From the NCBI GenBank assembly GCA_963822965.1, contig CAWGJT010000006.1, positions 96,001 through 160,000 of the forward strand: a stretch of DNA of 64,000 bases, in the 5' to 3' direction. A program made the position numbers and the translations under genes. The notes under the pieces are model-generated. The model made no database searches. It was not told where the DNA came from and worked only from the letters and a program-made list of their open reading frames with translations. Positions within the stretch are counted from its first letter, which is position 1. Each line of letters begins with the position of its first letter. The DNA comes from an uncultured delta proteobacterium. GTDB taxonomy: Bacteria > Myxococcota_A > UBA9160 > UBA4427. Shown here in pieces: positions 60,047 to 64,000 of the stretch.

Positions 60047-63000
60047 GCTGCCCTCCCCTCTTCCCCTGCTGCGGCTGCTGCGGCTGCTGCGAGTACTTCG
60101 GCCCGATTCCCGCCCGATTCCCGCTCTCGCGAACCGGTGCCCGAGGGCTCGGATAGTCTTCCGCAGCCCGACCCGCGAGGGAAGAGATGGATTGCCGACG
60201 ACCGCGCTCGCGGCTGGGCGGGATCGCCCTCGAAGGCGTGCCCCGACGAGCGCCCGTGGACGACGATCACGTCGGTCGGCAGCCCTACGCGGCGGGCGCC
60301 GAGCACCCGGGACACGGGACCCCAGTCGATCATGCCGTAGAGCGCGACGTGCCGGGTCGCATAGGGAGCCAGCGCTCTCCGCACCGTGCGCTGCTCCCGG
60401 GGGCTCCCGACGCGGTCGGCCAGCTCGGCGCACAGGGCGGCCGTCACGAGCCAGGTGAAGTCCTTCGGAATGCAGAGCTCGCCGCCTACGACGAGCTGCG
60501 AGATGACCTCCCTCCCGAGACCCGGGTCACCGGCACACGCGGCGGCCAGCGCGGCGGCCAGGCGCCAGCCCGCCAGGGGCGTCTGCTGCGACACGTCCGC
60601 CATGAGCGGGGCGAGCTCCGCCAGCCGCCCCTGGAGGCGGCGGAGGGTGAAGAGCTGCATCGCCGTCCACTGCCCCGCCAGCTCGTAGCCCGTGCGTTCG
60701 CCCAGCTGGCTGGCCCGGTCGAGCTCCCGTTCGGCCTGCGCGAGGTCGCCGTCGGCGAGCGCGCGCATGACCCGGTAGTGCGCGTGGTGCCAGGCGTAGA
60801 CCAGCTCGGCATCCGCACCCAGCAGCTTCTCGTGATCCGCGAGCACGCCGTCCACGCCGGCCGGGTCGCCCGTCTCCACCAGGTCGGCCACCAGGTCCAT
60901 CTGGGCATCGTGGATGCGGTGGGAGTCCCCGAGCGCGTACGCGAGATCGAGCTGCTCCCGGGCGGACGCCTCGCGCCAGGGCAGGTTGTCCGGGCTCCAG
61001 CAAGCGAAGTGCGCAGCGCGCAGAGAATCGCAGACCAGCTCCGGCGCACCGATCTCCCGCGCACGCCGGACGGCCGCGGCCGCGAGCCGCTCCCGGCGTG
61101 CGCGGTGCTCGTCGCCCTGCAGCGCCTGGGCGAGCCGACCCCACACCCGGACCGCCAGCGCGTCCCGCCGATCGCCCAGTGCATCCGCCGCCTCTTCGAG
61201 GAAGCGAACCCGGACCGGATCGATGCCGGGGCTCTCCTCCACGCCGGCGAACGAGAGGGCCGACCGCACCAGCAGGTCCACCTGCCCGACGAATCGCGCC
61301 CGCTCTCCCGCAGAGCGCAGCTCGACACGTCCCTGGGCCACCTCGCCGGCCTGGACCAGCGTCTCGCCCAGCTCGATGCGCGCCTCGATCGCCTGCGCCG
61401 CGGCGAAGGCCACGGGCTCGCGGGGCGCCATGATCTCCAACGCCGTCCGGAGCAGCGCCGCGGAATCGGCGAAGCTCTGGCGCTCGCGCAGGCGGCGCGC
61501 GGCCCGGCGCAGATGGGTGACCGCCTCGGTGGCCCGGCTGGCCGACGGCGATCGCAGCAGATGGTGGGCAACGGCGACGGGCTCCCCGTCTCCGCCCCCG
61601 CGGCGGATCAGGGCATCGGCGAGCCCGGCGTGCGCCCGTCCGATGGCGCCGGTCGGCGCCTCTGCAATCAGACACTCGGCCACCAGGGCGTGCACGAACC
61701 GGAAGCGCACGTCGGACCCGTCCGTCGCCTCGAGCAGGCGCGCCCCGCGCGCTTCGTCGAGCCAGGCGTGGACCCGATCCATCGCCGTGTCCAGAGCGTC
61801 ACCCACCAGCGCGGCGTCGAAGTCCCGGCCCGCCACCGCGGCCGTCGTGAGGAAGGCCCGGCACGCAGGCGACACGGTGAGGAAGCGTCGCGTCATCACC
61901 TCGCGCGAGAGCGAGGGCAGAGACCCCGCGAAGCCTTTCGAGCCGCCTGCAGGCTCGAAGGGCTCCGACACCCGGGCCAGCTCGAGCAGGAGGAACGGGT
62001 TGCCGGCGGTTCGATCCAGCCAGTCCTGCGCCTCCGCATGGCCGAGCTCGCGCCCCAGGACGTCTCGCGCCAGCCGACGGATCTCCTCGACGCCGAGAGC
62101 GCCCAGCTCGATGAGCCGCGCTTCGGGATGCTCACCCAGACGCAGGAGCCGCGCGTGCTGGTCGATGCGGGCCTGCCACTCGCTGTTGCGGGCCGTCGCG
62201 ACGAGCAGCAGGGGAAGCTCCCGAAGCTCATCCACCAGCACCGCGAGAAGATCCAGAGAGGCGAGATCCGCGCGATGCAGATCCTCGAGGACGATCACCA
62301 GCCCCCCGCTCCCGGTGGCCCCCTCGAGCAACGCGCGGAGATGTCCGGCCAGCCGGAAGCTCGCCTGGACGGAGTCGTCGCGGGTCGGGTCGCGGGTCGG
62401 TGCGGCCGCCCGGACACCGATCCAGTCGCGCAGCTCCGGGAAGTGCTCGAGCAGCACTCCCCGAGCGACTTCGGAGAGCGTGTCGGGCTGGATGCACCCT
62501 TGCCGGAACAGGCACCGCAGCACCTGCACCCACGGCGCGAAGTGGCTCCGCGGACCGAGCTCCGGAACGCGCCCCAGTGCACCCACGACTCCGTGCGCCG
62601 GGAGACGATCCAGCAGGCGCGACACGAGCCAGCTCTTGCCGATTCCGGGCTCTCCCAGAATCATCACCAACCGGCCGGCGCGAGCCGGACGCCCGGAGGC
62701 CGCGGCTTCGAGCTCGGCGAGCAGCCGCTCGCGGCCGCCGCCCGGGGACGCCCGGGCCGGGAACGCCCCGCGCGCCTCGCCGACCGGCGGCGCCTGGGTG
62801 GGGCCGTTCAGCAGGTAGCCGCGACCGCGGACGGTTCGCAGACGCTCGGGGTCGAGGCCGTTCTCCCGGAACACGCGCCGCGCCTCCTTGACGGCGCGGG
62901 CGATCGCCCAGTGACTGACGGACGTGCCTCCCCAGACCTCTTCGAGCAGCTCCTCCTTCGAGACCACGCGATCGGCATGCACCGCCAGAAAGAGGATCAG

Positions 63001-63096
63001 ATCGAAGACCAGAGGCTCGACGGCGACGCTGCGTGAACCGATCCACAGCTCCCTCCGAAGACCGTCGATCCGCCAGTCGTCGAAACACACCCGCAC
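59932..63096 (-). CDS. Winged-helix (OmpR/ToxR-like) + AAA/STAND ATPase + helical-repeat regulator; true 3' end probably nearer 60285
   Basis: [21 protein letters not shown], Walker A GEPGIGKS, Walker [22 protein letters not shown]. Confidence 0.82.
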   Translation of the reverse strand: MRVCFDDWRIDGLRRELWIGSRSVAVEPLVFDLILFLAVHADRVVSKEELLEEVWGGTSVSHWAIARAVKEARRVFRENGLDPERLRTVRGRGYLLNGPTQAPPVGEARGAFPARASPGGGRERLLAELEAAASGRPARAGRLVMILGEPGIGKSWLVSRLLDRLPAHGVVGALGRVPELGPRSHFAPWVQVLRCLFRQGCIQPDTLSEVARGVLLEHFPELRDWIGVRAAAPTRDPTRDDSVQASFRLAGHLRALLEGATGSGGLVIVLEDLHRADLASLDLLAVLVDELRELPLLLVATARNSEWQARIDQHARLLRLGEHPEARLIELGALGVEEIRRLARDVLGRELGHAEAQDWLDRTAGNPFLLLELARVSEPFEPAGGSKGFAGSLPSLSREVMTRRFLTVSPACRAFLTTAAVAGRDFDAALVGDALDTAMDRVHAWLDEARGARLLEATDGSDVRFRFVHALVAECLIAEAPTGAIGRAHAGLADALIRRGGGDGEPVAVAHHLLRSPSASRATEAVTHLRRAARRLRERQSFADSAALLRTALEIMAPREPVAFAAAQAIEARIELGETLVQAGEVAQGRVELRSAGERARFVGQVDLLVRSALSFAGVEESPGIDPVRVRFLEEAADALGDRRDALAVRVWGRLAQALQGDEHRARRERLAAAAVRRAREIGAPELVCDSLRAAHFACWSPDNLPWREASAREQLDLAYALGDSHRIHDAQMDLVADLVETGDPAGVDGVLADHEKLLGADAELVYAWHHAHYRVMRALADGDLAQAERELDRASQLGERTGYELAGQWTAMQLFTLRRLQGRLAELAPLMADVSQQTPLAGWRLAAALAAACAGDPGLGREVISQLVVGGELCIPKDFTWLVTAALCAELADRVGSPREQRTVRRALAPYATRHVALYGMIDWGPVSRVLGARRVGLPTDVIVVHGRSSGHAFEGDPAQPRARSSAIHLFPRGSGCGRLSEPSGTGSRERESGGNRAEVLAAAAAAAAGEEGRAAWPSRKRRRSGVSPPSRSTSSRWRSARSPVSARRCFAA

Positions 63097-63306
63097 GTCG
63101 ATGCCTCGACCGGCTCCAGGGCCGGACATGGAAACGTGTAGCGGCAAGATCGGTCCTTCGCATTCCCGAGGGAACCGGCGCCAGCGCCGGCGCCCCAGGG
63201 CCGTGCAGAACGTCCCGGCGACTCGTCCGACAGCTCGCCGCCCACGTAGCCCGGGGGCGGCGACACCCCCACGCCGACAGCCATCGACCCGGGGCCGCAC
63301 CACCGT

Positions 63307-63342
63307 CGACCTGGGCGACCTGGGCGACCTGAGCGACATCGG
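63307..63342. repeat. 9-bp tandem repeat x4 in a divergent promoter region
   Basis: cgacctggg cgacctggg cgacctgag cgacatcgg. Confidence 0.7.
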
Positions 63343-63400
63343 GACCGAGCGCGGGCTCCTCTTTGTAGAAAGCCGCACGGGAGTCCGCAGCGGGGCAGCT

Positions 63401-63417
63401 TCGGCATGGTCCTCGCA
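63401..63417 (+). promoter_or_regulatory. Possible sigma-54 promoter
   Basis: TCGGCATGGTCCTCGCA (GG-N10-GC), about 60 nt before ATG 63479; imperfect match. Confidence 0.45.
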
Positions 63418-63478
63418 CGTCTATCCCTCGAGGCGAACGAGCCCAACCACCGCATCCAACCACACGAGGAGACATTCC

Positions 63479-63829
63479 ATGACACACGAATCGAAGGCGA
63501 AGCAACCGAGCACCGCGCGACGCCTCGCCAAGACGGCGGCGGACATCGCGATCGGGGGAACCGCGCTGGTGGCGGACAAGGCGATCGAGGCCGTCGACGA
63601 GGTGGTCGAGCGGGCCGAGGAAACCTTCCGCGAGGGGCGACGCGAGGCTCGCAGGACCGCGCGCCTCGCGACGCGGAGCGCGCACGAAGCGATCACGGAC
63701 TCCGACAGTCGAAGCTACGAGGACCGGACGCGGGACGAGCTGTATGCCCTCGCGGCGGAGCGCGGGATCGAGGGGCGGTCGTCCATGCGTAAGGCCGAGC
63801 TGATCGACGCGCTTCGGGCCAGGCGCTGA
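63479..63829 (+). CDS. Small protein with C-terminal Rho-N-like domain
   Basis: [41 protein letters not shown]. Confidence 0.85.
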   Translation: MTHESKAKQPSTARRLAKTAADIAIGGTALVADKAIEAVDEVVERAEETFREGRREARRTARLATRSAHEAITDSDSRSYEDRTRDELYALAAERGIEGRSSMRKAELIDALRARR

Positions 63830-64000
63830 TCCGGAGGTCCGTGCGTTCGCGCACGGTGGGACTGCGCCGCGGACGTGACGCGCAGCCGTCGGATTCGGGA
63901 ATCTCGGCTCACGAGCCGGGAGCCGTCCTGCACGCCCGCTGCCAAAGCCGTCTAACGCGCACCCGGGCGCCCGGTCTTCTGCTCGTGTAGTTCGCACAAA

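Noticed and set aside
60066..60091. Short (ctgctgcgg)n repeat upstream of the ClC gene
   Set aside because: Fewer than three copies and low complexity, with no evidence of function.
59932..63096. Avs-type antiphage STAND NTPase
   Set aside because: The N-terminal domain is a DNA-binding winged helix rather than a toxic effector, and there is no defence-island context.
63945..64000. GTCTAAC as the start of an integron attC site
   Set aside because: It is a single 7-mer with no matching GTTRRRY end or integrase in view, and the window ends before it can be tested.

Overview
A very GC-rich bacterial chromosomal window whose gene order and content look like Myxococcota/deltaproteobacteria. No rRNA, tRNA, CRISPR array or transposase is evident. 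The backbone is a long minus-strand housekeeping run (nadK-recN-FHA-M23-secA-argJ-rpsB-tsf-pyrH-frr-uppS-dxr-rseP-tsaB ... ilvC-pssA-leuA-leuB-asd-like-truA). Many of these essential genes carry 1-bp indels, concentrated at about 10.6-15.7 kb, 24-36 kb and 54-60 kb. These most likely reflect long-read consensus errors rather than pseudogenes, so coordinates for those genes are reconstructed. The most interesting element is a six-gene module between tsaB and ilvC (15.5-23.4 kb): two DUF3467-like paralogs, a GAF-membrane fusion protein (MFP), a PqqD/RRE-like-M50 peptidase-MFP fusion, a C-terminally truncated second SecA, and a third MFP. It has no ABC ATPase, TolC or visible cargo, and may be an ABC-less, SecA-powered, type-I-like export system. 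Other items: an ATPase-less MshEN protein; an S8 protease with TSP3 repeats and an IPTL-CTERM-like tail; two paralogous orphan ~7-TM proteins; a TetR/monooxygenase/Rieske/hydrolase cluster with a clear operator; two sigma-54-type promoters; a DUF3556 plus phytoene-desaturase-like pair; a wHTH-STAND regulator; an rpsB leader with an apparent compensatory pairing; and several short intergenic tandem repeats. All family names come from motif recognition, not database searches.
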